DNA of 32,000 nucleotides from Zestosphaera tikiterensis (GTDB lineage Archaea > Thermoproteota > Thermoprotei_A > Sulfolobales > NBVN01), in assembly GCA_003056265.1 (NCBI GenBank), contig NBVN01000002.1, positions 480,001 through 512,000 of the forward strand, written 5' to 3'. Under the pieces are notes generated by a model. It made no database searches. It was given only the letters and a program-made list of their open reading frames with translations, and was not told the DNA's origin. Shown in pieces: positions 8,510 through 17,835 of the stretch (positions are counted from its first letter, which is position 1; each line of letters opens with the position of its first letter). Both the position numbers and the translations under genes were made by a program.

Positions 8510-9424
8510 ATGGAGATAAAGCTATTAGCTTTTGATAGTTTTGGAGTTAGGTCTATGTCTACGTTTATACAGACTGACGACGTACTTCTACATATAGATC
8601 CGTCAGCGTCTTTAGCTCCAAGTAGGTATGGTCTCCCACCACATAGAAAGGAGGTTGAAAGACTTTTAGAATGTGGTAAGGTTATAGAGGATTTCGCTAG
8701 AGAATCTGAAGTAATAGTTATTACGCATTATCACTACGATCATCACGACCCCGGATATTTAATTCCGTTAGACATATACAAAGGTAAGGTTGTGTACGTT
8801 AAGAACCCTGAAGAGAAAATCAACAGAAGTCAAATGATAAGAGCTAGATACTTTCTAAACCTCATAAAACCGATAGCTAAAGAGGTAAAGATTGCTGAAG
8901 GCTCTGAATTAAGAGTCGGTAAAACAGCTATTAAGATTTCGGATCCCGTCCCTCACGGAGTTAACGATAGACTTGGATATGTTGTGGAGGTTAGCGTATC
9001 TGACGGAAGTACGAAAGTTGTGTATACGTCTGATGTGGAGGGACCTCCACTAGAAGAGCAGGTTAGGTTTATCCTAGTAGAGAAGCCAGACACTTTAATA
9101 ATCGACGGACCTATGACTTATATGTTAGGCTTTAGATACAGTAGGAAAGCCCTACAAGCAAGCATTGAAAACCTGAAGAAAGTCATTGAAGTCGGTGTGA
9201 AAAAGATAGTGATAGATCATCACTTCCTTAGAGACGTAAGCTATAGAGACAGGATAGTGGAGCTATATCAATACGCTAAAGAAAGGAATTCCGAGATAAT
9301 AACTGCGGCTGAGTTTATGAACAGACCTATAGAAATGTTAGAAGCTTTAAGGAATAAACTATATCAAGAGAAACCTGAAGAAATGAAAATCCCAGAAAAT
9401 CTTAGAAGTCTTTTAGAAGAATAA
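8510..9424 (+). CDS. Metallo-beta-lactamase-fold hydrolase (archaeal UPF0282-like)
   Basis: 304 aa. It has an HxHxDH-type motif, ITHYHYDHHDP, preceded by FGVRSMSTFIQTDD..IDPSASLAP. The size and layout resemble the archaeal UPF0282 MBL family, recalled from memory. Confidence 0.65.
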   Translation: MEIKLLAFDSFGVRSMSTFIQTDDVLLHIDPSASLAPSRYGLPPHRKEVERLLECGKVIEDFARESEVIVITHYHYDHHDPGYLIPLDIYKGKVVYVKNPEEKINRSQMIRARYFLNLIKPIAKEVKIAEGSELRVGKTAIKISDPVPHGVNDRLGYVVEVSVSDGSTKVVYTSDVEGPPLEEQVRFILVEKPDTLIIDGPMTYMLGFRYSRKALQASIENLKKVIEVGVKKIVIDHHFLRDVSYRDRIVELYQYAKERNSEIITAAEFMNRPIEMLEALRNKLYQEKPEEMKIPENLRSLLEE

Positions 9425-9578
9425 CTGCTCACCTTAACAGCATCTTCATTTCGTGCCTGCCATAACTAAGCCCATAACGGCTGTTTCCCCTCAATTACTC
9501 TACGGGGCCAACCCTCCTCAATCGTGTTTATAGTAGTTAATTATTAACTTTGAAGGATAGTTATCTTAGGTGTGATGT

Positions 9579-10286
9579 GTGCCTAAAATTACAGTTGAAA
9601 TACCTCAAGAGGTTTTAAACGAGTTAACACGTAAGTTTCAAGAAATGCCTCTTGATGAGGCGGTAAAGAAGGTTTTTGAAGAGTATTTAAGAAGAGCAGG
9701 CGAGTCGAAAACTCAGGTAAGGTCTTTAAGCGATGTTGAGACACTTATGACTAGCATTCAAAGAATGTTAAGAAGCGCTAACGACACTTTAAACGCGTAC
9801 TCAGCTTTAATGACTGAAATAAGGAATAAATTAACGGAACTCTACGAAGCGATTGATAACTTAAGCAAGAAAATCGACGATATAGGTAGTAAGGTAGCAT
9901 TACAGCAGCAGCTCCCTCAACCGCAAGTTGAGGTTCAACAACCTAAAGAGAAGGTGAGGGAGAAGATCTCAGCTATAGAGATACTTAAGAAGCAAAACGT
10001 CATATACGAGTCTGAAATAGCTTCAAAAATAAGGAATAGAGACGCGTTCTTCGACAAACTTAAGAGGGAGGGGGCGGTAGTTCTAGAACTTAAAGACCAG
10101 AGAATAGCGGTTGACAAAGCTTTCTGGGAGGAATTCCTGGAGAAAGTCAGCACTTTAAAAACAAACGTTGAAAGCGAGTACGTTAAGGTTTTAGGGCGTG
10201 CTGGTGCGGAACTACTTAAAAAGTTAAATGAAAGCGGGATAGCGATTTACGACGTCATAAAGAAGAAATGGGTAGTACATCACTAA
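9579..10286 (+). CDS. Uncharacterised protein: RHH-like N-terminus, central coiled coil, helical C-terminal domain
   Basis: 235-aa ORF with a GTG start. The N-terminus MPKITVEIPQEVLNEL has a beta-strand-then-helix pattern like CopG/RHH. Heptad-like, Q-rich middle region. No family recognised. Confidence 0.5.
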   Translation: MPKITVEIPQEVLNELTRKFQEMPLDEAVKKVFEEYLRRAGESKTQVRSLSDVETLMTSIQRMLRSANDTLNAYSALMTEIRNKLTELYEAIDNLSKKIDDIGSKVALQQQLPQPQVEVQQPKEKVREKISAIEILKKQNVIYESEIASKIRNRDAFFDKLKREGAVVLELKDQRIAVDKAFWEEFLEKVSTLKTNVESEYVKVLGRAGAELLKKLNESGIAIYDVIKKKWVVHH

Positions 10287-10322
10287 AAAACAGCTTACGT
10301 TTTCGATAATTCGATCATGAGC

Positions 10323-11366
10323 TTAAGGCGCTTTACCTTCAAGAAACTCCAGTCCGTAACCAGGCATTCTCATTCTAACTTTAATTTTTAGGGAGCCCTT
10401 CCAAGACTTAGAGATTTGACTGTAGAGCTCCTTAGCTATGGTTAACGGATGAACTAACTTAGGAGGTGTTTTAGCTGTAACGACAATCTCTAAAGAGTTT
10501 TTCTTAAGTGTGTAGCTATACTCCTCTATACTGGATCCATATTTACGAATTACGTAAGGTAAATACCCTAAAGCCCTCCATAAATCAACGTCATCTAAGG
10601 TTATTTCCGAGGACGTGATTTTCTCTGCTAAATGCTCCACATGAAGTAGTAGCTTAACCTTAGATACTTTAACGTTATTTTCTATTACGTTCCTAACCAC
10701 AACCAAGGATAGGTCGCTAATTGAGCAGTCCTCATCCACGCACGTAACCTCAGCTAACGCAACATCTTCCTTAACAACTAAGACTAAAGACTTAAGCTTT
10801 ATACCTAAGGAGGTTACATCCTCAGAAACGCGCTTCTCAAGGATTTGCTCAACGGTTGGGGCAGTAACCTCAGCTAAGCTCGGCTTTGAAACCTCCTCAA
10901 CCTTCTTAACTTCCTCCTTAACCTCTAATTCTTTAACCTCCTCCTTAGGCGTGGGCGTTACGCTCACTTCAGCAACTTTCAAGCTCTTCACAAGCTCTTC
11001 ATATACATCACCTAAAACCTCCTTCGAAAAGCTATATACGATTATACTGGCCGTTAAGTCCTTAGTTAAAACCTTTAATTTTTCAAACGCAGCGACACCA
11101 GAAAGCTCTTCAGTAGGAGACCTAAAAAACGTAGCAAACACACGTCCATTAAACACGTAAACACTTCCTTCAAAGTCTTTCGACCTAACCCTACCTAAAC
11201 ATAGCTTATCTTTACATAAATCCTTTATTAAAGCAATGAAATCCTCACCTACTGCGAGAGCCTTATTTAATATAATATCCCCCTTCAAAACTATTGAAAC
11301 GCTTAACGTAGGATCATCTATAGCTTTACTGTAAGTCTCAATTAAAGTTAGATCTTCAGTCATCAC
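10323..11366 (-). CDS. Uncharacterised protein with an acidic K/E/V-rich linker
   Basis: 347-aa ORF with protein-like composition. The central low-complexity stretch is TPKEEVKELEVKEEVKKVEEVSKP. The N-terminal segment GRVRSKDFEGSVYVFNGRVFATFF..LSGVAAFEKL is vaguely DUF4388-like. No confident family. Confidence 0.5.
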   Translation of the reverse strand: MMTEDLTLIETYSKAIDDPTLSVSIVLKGDIILNKALAVGEDFIALIKDLCKDKLCLGRVRSKDFEGSVYVFNGRVFATFFRSPTEELSGVAAFEKLKVLTKDLTASIIVYSFSKEVLGDVYEELVKSLKVAEVSVTPTPKEEVKELEVKEEVKKVEEVSKPSLAEVTAPTVEQILEKRVSEDVTSLGIKLKSLVLVVKEDVALAEVTCVDEDCSISDLSLVVVRNVIENNVKVSKVKLLLHVEHLAEKITSSEITLDDVDLWRALGYLPYVIRKYGSSIEEYSYTLKKNSLEIVVTAKTPPKLVHPLTIAKELYSQISKSWKGSLKIKVRMRMPGYGLEFLEGKAP

Positions 11367-11697
11367 CCAACCTCCTTGTTCTTCGATATACTTATCCCTT
11401 AATAATGTTAATATACGTTAACCTCCTTCAAACCTTAGTAAGAGCACGCGTAGCAGGAAGCTAACTTGCTGGACTACCTAATATATCCTTCCTTAAGTAT
11501 GTACCGTATTTTACCTACTTTGTTAAAAGCTAAGATGCTAAGGTAATTGAGATCGTTAAGTCTTTTCAAGTTGTTAAGGTGTGTGGGAATACTTCTTAAG
11601 GTGTAAGTCAATATTAAGGAGCTGTTGCAAAATTAAGTAGTAGAGGTGTTGAAGAGGGAAGTACGCATGTGTCGTTAGTCAATCTAATGTCGTTTAA

Positions 11698-11753
11698 AGA
11701 ATGATGACGTTATCCTCTTCTGATTGAATGATGTGGAAGAGCCGTTCTGACAT
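11698..11753 (+). ncRNA. C/D box sRNA (2'-O-methylation guide)
   Basis: Box C ATGATGA (11701-07), a 12-nt guide CGTTATCCTCTT, box D' CTGA (11720-23) and a 4-nt spacer. Then box C' ATGATGT (11728-34), a 12-nt guide GGAAGAGCCGTT and box D CTGA (11747-50). The symmetric 12-nt spacers and about 55-nt size are the canonical archaeal architecture. The location is intergenic. Confidence 0.8.
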
Positions 11754-11833
11754 AACTTAAGAGCGCTCTTTAAAGAGTGTGTGATTATGTTAAAAGCTTT
11801 TTAATATACCACTGACTTAATTTAGTTGGGGTC

Positions 11834-12208
11834 GTGAATATGAGTAACGAACTCGCTATTGGCGTATACCCCGCTTTGGTAGGTTTAGCAAATGCTTTTA
11901 TAGTGTTGGGGATTGTTGTCTTAGTGATTTACCTATACGTTAGATATACCCTCGGTAGAAAGGCTGCATTACCTCCAACACCTAAAAGTGAGGAAGTGAG
12001 CGCTCAACCCACTCCCTCAACCTCGAAAGAGACTCATCCAATCGAGGAAGTTATGGTTGCTGCAGCAGCTGTAAAACACTACATAGCTTCAAAGAGTTTA
12101 AAGCCGCCTACATATGTTTACCAACCCCTTCAATACTCAGCTTGGGTAATTAACTGGGTGAGGGAGGTAACGCAGACTTTCGATTATAACCCATACGTTA
12201 AAAAATGA
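11834..12208 (+). CDS. Small membrane protein, uncharacterised
   Basis: 124-aa ORF with one clear N-terminal TM helix (YPALVGLANAFIVLGIVVLVIYLYV) followed by a Pro/Ser/Thr-rich linker. Confidence 0.45.
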   Translation: MNMSNELAIGVYPALVGLANAFIVLGIVVLVIYLYVRYTLGRKAALPPTPKSEEVSAQPTPSTSKETHPIEEVMVAAAAVKHYIASKSLKPPTYVYQPLQYSAWVINWVREVTQTFDYNPYVKK

Positions 12209-12223
12209 TAGACTGCCCTACAG

Positions 12224-13600
12224 TCAATGAAGCGTTAAGTTTATGATTTTTAAAAGTTTTTCCACAGCTTCGACAGCATTCCTAGCTAAAACCCTAATCA
12301 TTGCTTCTTTACCTACGTCTCCCAAGTCATATATTATGTCTGGCGGTCGACGGGATTTCATCATCGCTTCTTGAACAACCCACTTTAAAGACATACCCTC
12401 AACTTTCTTAACTTCCTCCGGCTCTTTAGACCTATCTACGAAGATTACTTCAAACCCGGCCTTAACAGCGTTTTCGATAAGTTTCTCGTCATAACGTATG
12501 TTAACCATAGCTCTAAGCATTGGGTAATATTGCGTAACTACTATTAACGCCCTAGCTAAGTGTTTCGAAGCGCCAAACCTAACTGGGCCGACGGCTTTAA
12601 CTTCATCACCAACTTTAACTATCCTCCCTAAAACCCCCGCAACATCTTTTAAATCCCTTAAGTATTTAGGGTCGATAGCCTCAACAATGTTAACTCCGAC
12701 TTCCGGCATGTAATTACGTACTTTATCCGCGTTTAAAGTGAATAAACGAACAGCTTCTTCAACGTTTCTTAAGACTCTATATCTCTCCGCAGGAATCTCC
12801 AACCATGCGATAGGGTTTACCGGGCAGTGGCCTTTACCTATTTTAACTCCGTAATCTATAGATAAAGTTATGAACTCCTTAGCTTTCTCAACAGCTCTAT
12901 CCACTGCCTCACCTTTAGCTAATTCTGCAGCTATAGCTGCTGCGAACGCACACCCCGTACCGTGTGTACAGCCAGCGTCGATTCTAGATGCTTTAAACAA
13001 TTTAAATGAGCCGTTCCAGTAAAGAACGTCTATCGATTCACTACCTTCTAAATGACCTCCTTTAACTACTGCTGCCTCAGCACCTAGAACCTCAACTATG
13101 TCTTTAGCTGCTAACTTAGCATCGTCTAAACTCCTTATCTCCACGCCTGTAAGTTTCTCAGCTTCCGGCCTGTTTGGAGTAACTACCTTAGCTAAGGGTA
13201 TCAACTCCTTCACCAACGTCTCAACAGCTTCCTCACGCAGTAGTTGAGCCCCACTTTTAGCTATCATAACAGGATCTACAACTACTGGGAAACGATATTT
13301 CCTTACAGCCTCAGCAACAGCTTTAATTATTTGGGAGTTGCTTAACATCCCCGTCTTAGCGGCGTCTACCCCCATATCAACAACAACCGCTTCTATCTGT
13401 TTATAGACGATGTCAGGTGGTATATCATATATAGCCGTTACTTCATACGTGTTTTGAGCTGTTACGCTGGTTAACGCGACGGTTCCGTGAACCCCTAAAG
13501 CCGCAAAAGTCTTTAAATCGGCTTCTATGCCGGCACCGCCGCCTGAATCGCTTCCAGCTATTGTCATAGCCACAGGTATTCTACGACATGAACGTAACAT
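12224..13600 (-). CDS. thiDN: Bifunctional hydroxymethylpyrimidine/phosphomethylpyrimidine kinase plus ThiN-type thiamine-phosphate synthase
   Basis: 458 aa. The N-terminal ThiD signature is [27 protein letters not shown]. The C-terminal part, about 180 aa, has a ThiN-like [10 protein letters not shown]...GRIVKVG...[10 protein letters not shown]. Confidence 0.85.
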   Translation of the reverse strand: MLRSCRRIPVAMTIAGSDSGGGAGIEADLKTFAALGVHGTVALTSVTAQNTYEVTAIYDIPPDIVYKQIEAVVVDMGVDAAKTGMLSNSQIIKAVAEAVRKYRFPVVVDPVMIAKSGAQLLREEAVETLVKELIPLAKVVTPNRPEAEKLTGVEIRSLDDAKLAAKDIVEVLGAEAAVVKGGHLEGSESIDVLYWNGSFKLFKASRIDAGCTHGTGCAFAAAIAAELAKGEAVDRAVEKAKEFITLSIDYGVKIGKGHCPVNPIAWLEIPAERYRVLRNVEEAVRLFTLNADKVRNYMPEVGVNIVEAIDPKYLRDLKDVAGVLGRIVKVGDEVKAVGPVRFGASKHLARALIVVTQYYPMLRAMVNIRYDEKLIENAVKAGFEVIFVDRSKEPEEVKKVEGMSLKWVVQEAMMKSRRPPDIIYDLGDVGKEAMIRVLARNAVEAVEKLLKIINLTLH

Positions 13601-13631
13601 GATTTGATCCCTTAATTATGTTAGAACTAAA

Positions 13632-13640
13632 CTATAAATA
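13632..13640. promoter_or_regulatory. Shared TATA element (CTATAAATA) in the 71-nt thiDN/thi4 divergent spacer
   Basis: The element is centred near 13636. That is about 36 nt from the thiDN start (13600, minus strand) and about 36 nt from the thi4 ATG (13672). Confidence 0.4.
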
Positions 13641-13671
13641 CCTTTATTACTTAATTATAGCGGTGTGAGTC

Positions 13672-14457
13672 ATGGAACCATTAGAAGCTAAGATATCTAA
13701 AATTATATGGAAAGAAACACTTAATGATTGGCTCAAGCTAAGCAACGTAGACGTAGTTGTTGTGGGGGCAGGCCCTTCAGGTATGGTCACAGCTAAATAC
13801 TTAGCTGATTCAGGAATTAAGACTTTAGTTCTTGAAAGAAGGCTTAGCTTCGGCGGAGGTATAGGAGGGGGCGGGATGCTCATGCATAAGGTAGTTGTAG
13901 ACTCTAAAGCTCTTAACATATTAGATGACTTCAAGATTAAGTACTCACGTAGCGATTATGAAGGGCTTTATGTAGTTGATGCTTCAGAGTTGATGGCTAA
14001 ATTAGCTGCTGGGGCTATAGACTCCGGCGCGAAGATTGTGAACGGCATTACTGTAGAGGATTTGATAGTTCGCGACAACCCCTTCAGAGTTGAGGGTGTG
14101 GTAATACAGTGGAGTGCTGTTAACTTATCTGGATTACACGTCGATCCTCTATTCATATATTCAAAAGCTGTCGTAGACGCTACAGGACATGACGCTGAAG
14201 TACTTAAAGTTTTAAGTAGGAAGAACCCGGAAGTTAACCTAAAGATTCCAGGTGAGAAATCAGCTTACGCTGAGTTAAGTGAAGAATTAGTTGTGAAACA
14301 CTCGGGTAAGGTCTTACCCGGTCTTTACGTATCCGGAATGGCTGTAGCTGCCCTCTATGGAATTTATAGAATGGGGCCTATATTTACTGGGATGCTACTT
14401 TCCGGTAAGAAAGTGGCTGAGGAGATAGCTAAGGATTTAAGGGGTGGTTCTCAATGA
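13672..14457 (+). CDS. thi4: Thiazole synthase Thi4 (archaeal/eukaryotic type)
   Basis: 261 aa. It has the dinucleotide-binding motif [19 protein letters not shown], then [16 protein letters not shown] and [11 protein letters not shown], all typical of Thi4. Confidence 0.9.
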   Translation: MEPLEAKISKIIWKETLNDWLKLSNVDVVVVGAGPSGMVTAKYLADSGIKTLVLERRLSFGGGIGGGGMLMHKVVVDSKALNILDDFKIKYSRSDYEGLYVVDASELMAKLAAGAIDSGAKIVNGITVEDLIVRDNPFRVEGVVIQWSAVNLSGLHVDPLFIYSKAVVDATGHDAEVLKVLSRKNPEVNLKIPGEKSAYAELSEELVVKHSGKVLPGLYVSGMAVAALYGIYRMGPIFTGMLLSGKKVAEEIAKDLRGGSQ

Positions 14458-15128
14458 CCTTAAAACCTACTGAAAGGTTATGGAGTTCTATAACGCATGT
14501 TTTCAACGCCATCTTAAACCACCCATTCATTAAGGGTTTAACTGACGGATCTCTAGATGAGGAAATATTCAAAAACTACGTTATTCAAGACGCTATATAC
14601 CTAGTAGATTATGCGAAGTCTTTAGCTATACTAGCTGGTAAAGCACCTAAGGAGGAATGGATACGCATATTCGCTGAAGATTCCCTAGCTGTGATAGAGT
14701 TTGAGAAGTCCCTACATAGGTCATTCTTCACCAGATGGGGAATTGAAGAGTCTAAGTTAATTAACGTGACGCCAACACCCACAACTTATGGGTATGTTAA
14801 TCACCTACTTAGAAACGTTGTTTTAGAGGACTTCCCCGTAGGCGTAGCGACTATACTACCCTGCTACTGGATATACCTCGAAGTGGGGAAGGCCTTAGAA
14901 TCTAAAGGCTCTCCCAACCCTACATACGCTAAGTGGATAGAGATGTACTCCTCTAAAGAGTACTCTAAATACGTAGAGCGAGTGCTGAACATAGTTGATG
15001 AGGTTTTAAGTAACGTAGATAATATCACATGGTCTAAAGCGGTTAAAGCTTTTAAAATCAGCTCTATATACGAATACATGTTTTGGGATTCAGCGTATAG
15101 AAGTGAGAAGTACCCATTCAGCTTCTAA
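14454..15128 (+). CDS. tenA: TenA-family aminopyrimidine aminohydrolase (thiaminase II)
   Basis: 224 aa. [28 protein letters not shown] is the TenA N-terminal signature. It overlaps thi4 by 4 nt (ATGA), so the two are probably co-transcribed. Confidence 0.85.
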   Translation: MTLKPTERLWSSITHVFNAILNHPFIKGLTDGSLDEEIFKNYVIQDAIYLVDYAKSLAILAGKAPKEEWIRIFAEDSLAVIEFEKSLHRSFFTRWGIEESKLINVTPTPTTYGYVNHLLRNVVLEDFPVGVATILPCYWIYLEVGKALESKGSPNPTYAKWIEMYSSKEYSKYVERVLNIVDEVLSNVDNITWSKAVKAFKISSIYEYMFWDSAYRSEKYPFSF

Positions 15129-15221
15129 TGGAATGCTAAAACATCAATTAACTTTAATGAGGGCGACCGACTTCCTAAGCTCACTTTCACTCAAGCTTAT
15201 TACCTCCGAATATAGAATATC

Positions 15222-15653
15222 TTGGTGTCAACTATGGGTAGGTTTAGATTATATTACGCCTTACTACTCCTTACGGTAGTAGCGTTAACTTCTTTTAACG
15301 TGGTTTACGCTCAAGAAGGGGAGGTCACTAACATCACGTATGAAATACTTAAGAACCCTAAAGTCTATATAGCGATAGCTATTCAATTCCTGCTAGGGTT
15401 GGCTTTAGGTTACGTATCGTTTAAGATACTTAAATACATACTCGCGTTAATAGCTATACTTGCTTTAGGCTCCATACTATCGGTATGGAGTATTAGCGGA
15501 ACTTTAGAAACAGCTTTAAGTAGTGTTACCACGGAGTTCAGTAAGATATGGCCTTACGTAATGGGTGCTTTACAAGTGCTTGGAGTTCTTACCGTAGGCC
15601 CTGTAGCAGTAGGTTTCATCTTAGGCATAATATTGGCGTTGATACGCAAGTAA
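15222..15653 (+). CDS. Small integral membrane protein, uncharacterised
   Basis: 143-aa ORF with an N-terminal signal-like helix and about 3 further hydrophobic helices. A T-rich tract follows the stop. Confidence 0.45.
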   Translation: MVSTMGRFRLYYALLLLTVVALTSFNVVYAQEGEVTNITYEILKNPKVYIAIAIQFLLGLALGYVSFKILKYILALIAILALGSILSVWSISGTLETALSSVTTEFSKIWPYVMGALQVLGVLTVGPVAVGFILGIILALIRK

Positions 15654-15761
15654 CCTATTTTCTTTTCAATTCTCCACACATATACACTACATTTATCTTT
15701 TTGATATGCCGTTGTAAGCTTTTATTTCTTTAATCGGTAAATTCGTGGAGTTTCAAGTAAG

Positions 15762-16601
15762 TTGATGGAGGTGGAGGGCTTACACAAGCTTAGGAAACGC
15801 GTATCTGCTATCGCCTTACTTACGTTGTTATGCTTTACTTACTTAAGTGCTTTAAAGGTTGTATCGGAAGATCCTTTAAATAAAGTACTTCAATTCTTAA
15901 ATGATGAGTTGATAATCACGTATAGAGTTAAGAGGACTTTAACTATCTCTAACTTAAGCGGTTCCCCAGCTTCGATTACGGTAAGTCAAGAATTTATGTT
16001 TGATGTGAGGCCGTATAATAGCACACACGTAACGTTAATCGCTGGTCTATACCCAAACAGCACGATATCTGTGGATGTAGGGAGCAGTTCTTGGATTACG
16101 TTAGGTGGCGTGTTATCATGGATTACATCTAACTACACGGACTTTGTAATTAAGAATATGTTGCCAACCATAAAGGCTGTAGTAACGTATAACGACTTCA
16201 ATAGGTTAGCTAAAGAAACTATAGGTATTCAGCTGTTTATGGATAAACCAACTACAGCATCGTGCTCTACTTTACGGATAGGTGATGGGCTCTTCAACGT
16301 TTTTACTGTAGTTCTTGAAGACGGTGTAGCTTATTACGAGTGTGAGTTTAACCTACTTTTAAAGTTTCAAAGAGTGAGATCCGCAAGACTAACTCAAGCT
16401 ACCGGTGTTGTAGATGTTGTTGATGTTGTAGAGTCGAACATAGAGAAAGCTAACACGCAGCTCCTGACTAAGATCTTAATCAGCAGTAACGCTCAAAACA
16501 TTTTCGGGGTTGAGTTACTACTTATTATAGCCGTTACTTTAGTAGGTGTTTCAACCACGGTAACTGTGTTAACGGTTCTAAAGCGTTTTAGAAACAGATA
16601 G
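15762..16601 (+). CDS. Putative surface-exposed protein with an N-terminal signal and C-terminal TM anchor, uncharacterised
   Basis: 279 aa with hydrophobic N- and C-terminal segments (LLIIAVTLVGVSTTVTVLTVL-KRFRNR). It has several N-x-S/T sequons (NLS, NST twice, NYT). Confidence 0.45.
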   Translation: MMEVEGLHKLRKRVSAIALLTLLCFTYLSALKVVSEDPLNKVLQFLNDELIITYRVKRTLTISNLSGSPASITVSQEFMFDVRPYNSTHVTLIAGLYPNSTISVDVGSSSWITLGGVLSWITSNYTDFVIKNMLPTIKAVVTYNDFNRLAKETIGIQLFMDKPTTASCSTLRIGDGLFNVFTVVLEDGVAYYECEFNLLLKFQRVRSARLTQATGVVDVVDVVESNIEKANTQLLTKILISSNAQNIFGVELLLIIAVTLVGVSTTVTVLTVLKRFRNR

Positions 16602-16667
16602 ATTTTAAGTTATTTTAACACTATACCGTGGTGGTATGTTACGGTTGTTGATGACGTAAGCACGTCT

Positions 16668-17771
16668 GAAATTCGAGTTAACGCACCCTACATAACCGAT
16701 GAGGATGTACTTGAAGTTGTTAAAGTCCTTAAAAGCGGTAGGCTAGCAGCAGGGAACTACGTTAAAACTTTTGAGGAGGAGTTTGCTAGGTATTTAAAGG
16801 TTAAACACGTTCTCACAGTCTCTAACGGCACTATAGCGCTTTTCCTAGCTTTAAAAGCTTTAGGTGTTAAGGGAGGGGATGAAGTGATCGTACCGGATTT
16901 CACGTTCTTTGCTACGGCTTCCACCGTAGTTCTCGCCGGTGCTAAACCCGTGTTTGCCGACGTGGATTTAGATACGTATACCATCGACGTTCATGACTTA
17001 GAAAAGCGAATTACGGAGAGAACTAAAGCTATAGTGGTTGTTCATCTCTACGGACATCCAGCGTACATGGATCCAATCATGAAGATAGCTGAAGAAAGAG
17101 GTATTTACGTCGTTGAGGATTGCGCTCAATCTCACGGGGCAGAGTATAAAGGCGTTAAGACGGGTTCGATAGGTCATGTATCAGCGTTTAGTTTTTACGC
17201 CACGAAAAACATGACTATGGGTGAGGGCGGGGCTATAGCCACTAACGATGACTTTATTAAAGAGTATGTCGACCTTCAGAGAAACCACGGTCAGGTGGAG
17301 AAGTACCTGCACAAAGACATAGGTTGGAACTTCAGGATAACTGAGTTGCAGGGTGCTTTAGGACTTACGCAACTTAAGAAGCTAGACTTAATGAATGAAA
17401 GGAGGCGAGCTATAGCTAAGATATACGATCAAGAACTAAGTAACTTACCACAGATAAGAACGCCTACCGTTAAACCATACGCAAAACACGTCTACCATCA
17501 ATACACGATATGGGTTAACAACGCCGTGTTTAGAAATAAGTTAGCATCATTCCTACGTAGTAAAGGGGTTCAAACGTCAATTCATTACCCAACACCCCTT
17601 CATAGACAACCAGCATTGAAGAACTTCACGTCAGCTGGTAACGCCTACGTCAACTCAGATAAAGCTTCAGAGCACGTACTATCCCTACCCATGCATCCCG
17701 GATTAAGAGATGAGGAGGTTTACACAGTCGTTAAATACGTAAGGGAATTCTTTAAGGAAACCCGTTTCTAA
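16668..17771 (+). CDS. DegT/DnrJ/EryC1/StrS-family PLP-dependent sugar aminotransferase; true start unresolved
   Basis: The ORF track starts at GTG 16884, but the same frame is open back to 16602. It encodes the conserved N-terminus EIRVNAPYITDEDVLEVVKVLKSGRLAAGNYVKTFEEEFARYL..SNGTIALFLALKALGVKGGDEVIVPDFTF. The catalytic Lys context is FSFYATKNMTMGEGGAI. There is no ATG, GTG or TTG in frame between 16602 and 16883. Confidence 0.8.
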   Translation, partial: EIRVNAPYITDEDVLEVVKVLKSGRLAAGNYVKTFEEEFARYLKVKHVLTVSNGTIALFLALKALGVKGGDEVIVPDFTFFATASTVVLAGAKPVFADVDLDTYTIDVHDLEKRITERTKAIVVVHLYGHPAYMDPIMKIAEERGIYVVEDCAQSHGAEYKGVKTGSIGHVSAFSFYATKNMTMGEGGAIATNDDFIKEYVDLQRNHGQVEKYLHKDIGWNFRITELQGALGLTQLKKLDLMNERRRAIAKIYDQELSNLPQIRTPTVKPYAKHVYHQYTIWVNNAVFRNKLASFLRSKGVQTSIHYPTPLHRQPALKNFTSAGNAYVNSDKASEHVLSLPMHPGLRDEEVYTVVKYVREFFKETRF

Positions 17772-17835
17772 ACTGTCCGTTTAAATTAGAACTTAATTTA
17801 AAAACATTTACCCGTTGTTAACCCTTTAGTCTTAG

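Noticed and set aside
13601-13671. TPP riboswitch in the thiamine gene spacer
   Set aside because: At 71 nt the spacer is AT-rich and has none of the conserved TPP aptamer helices (no CUGAGA...ACCUGAUCUGGAUAAUGCCAGCG-like core).
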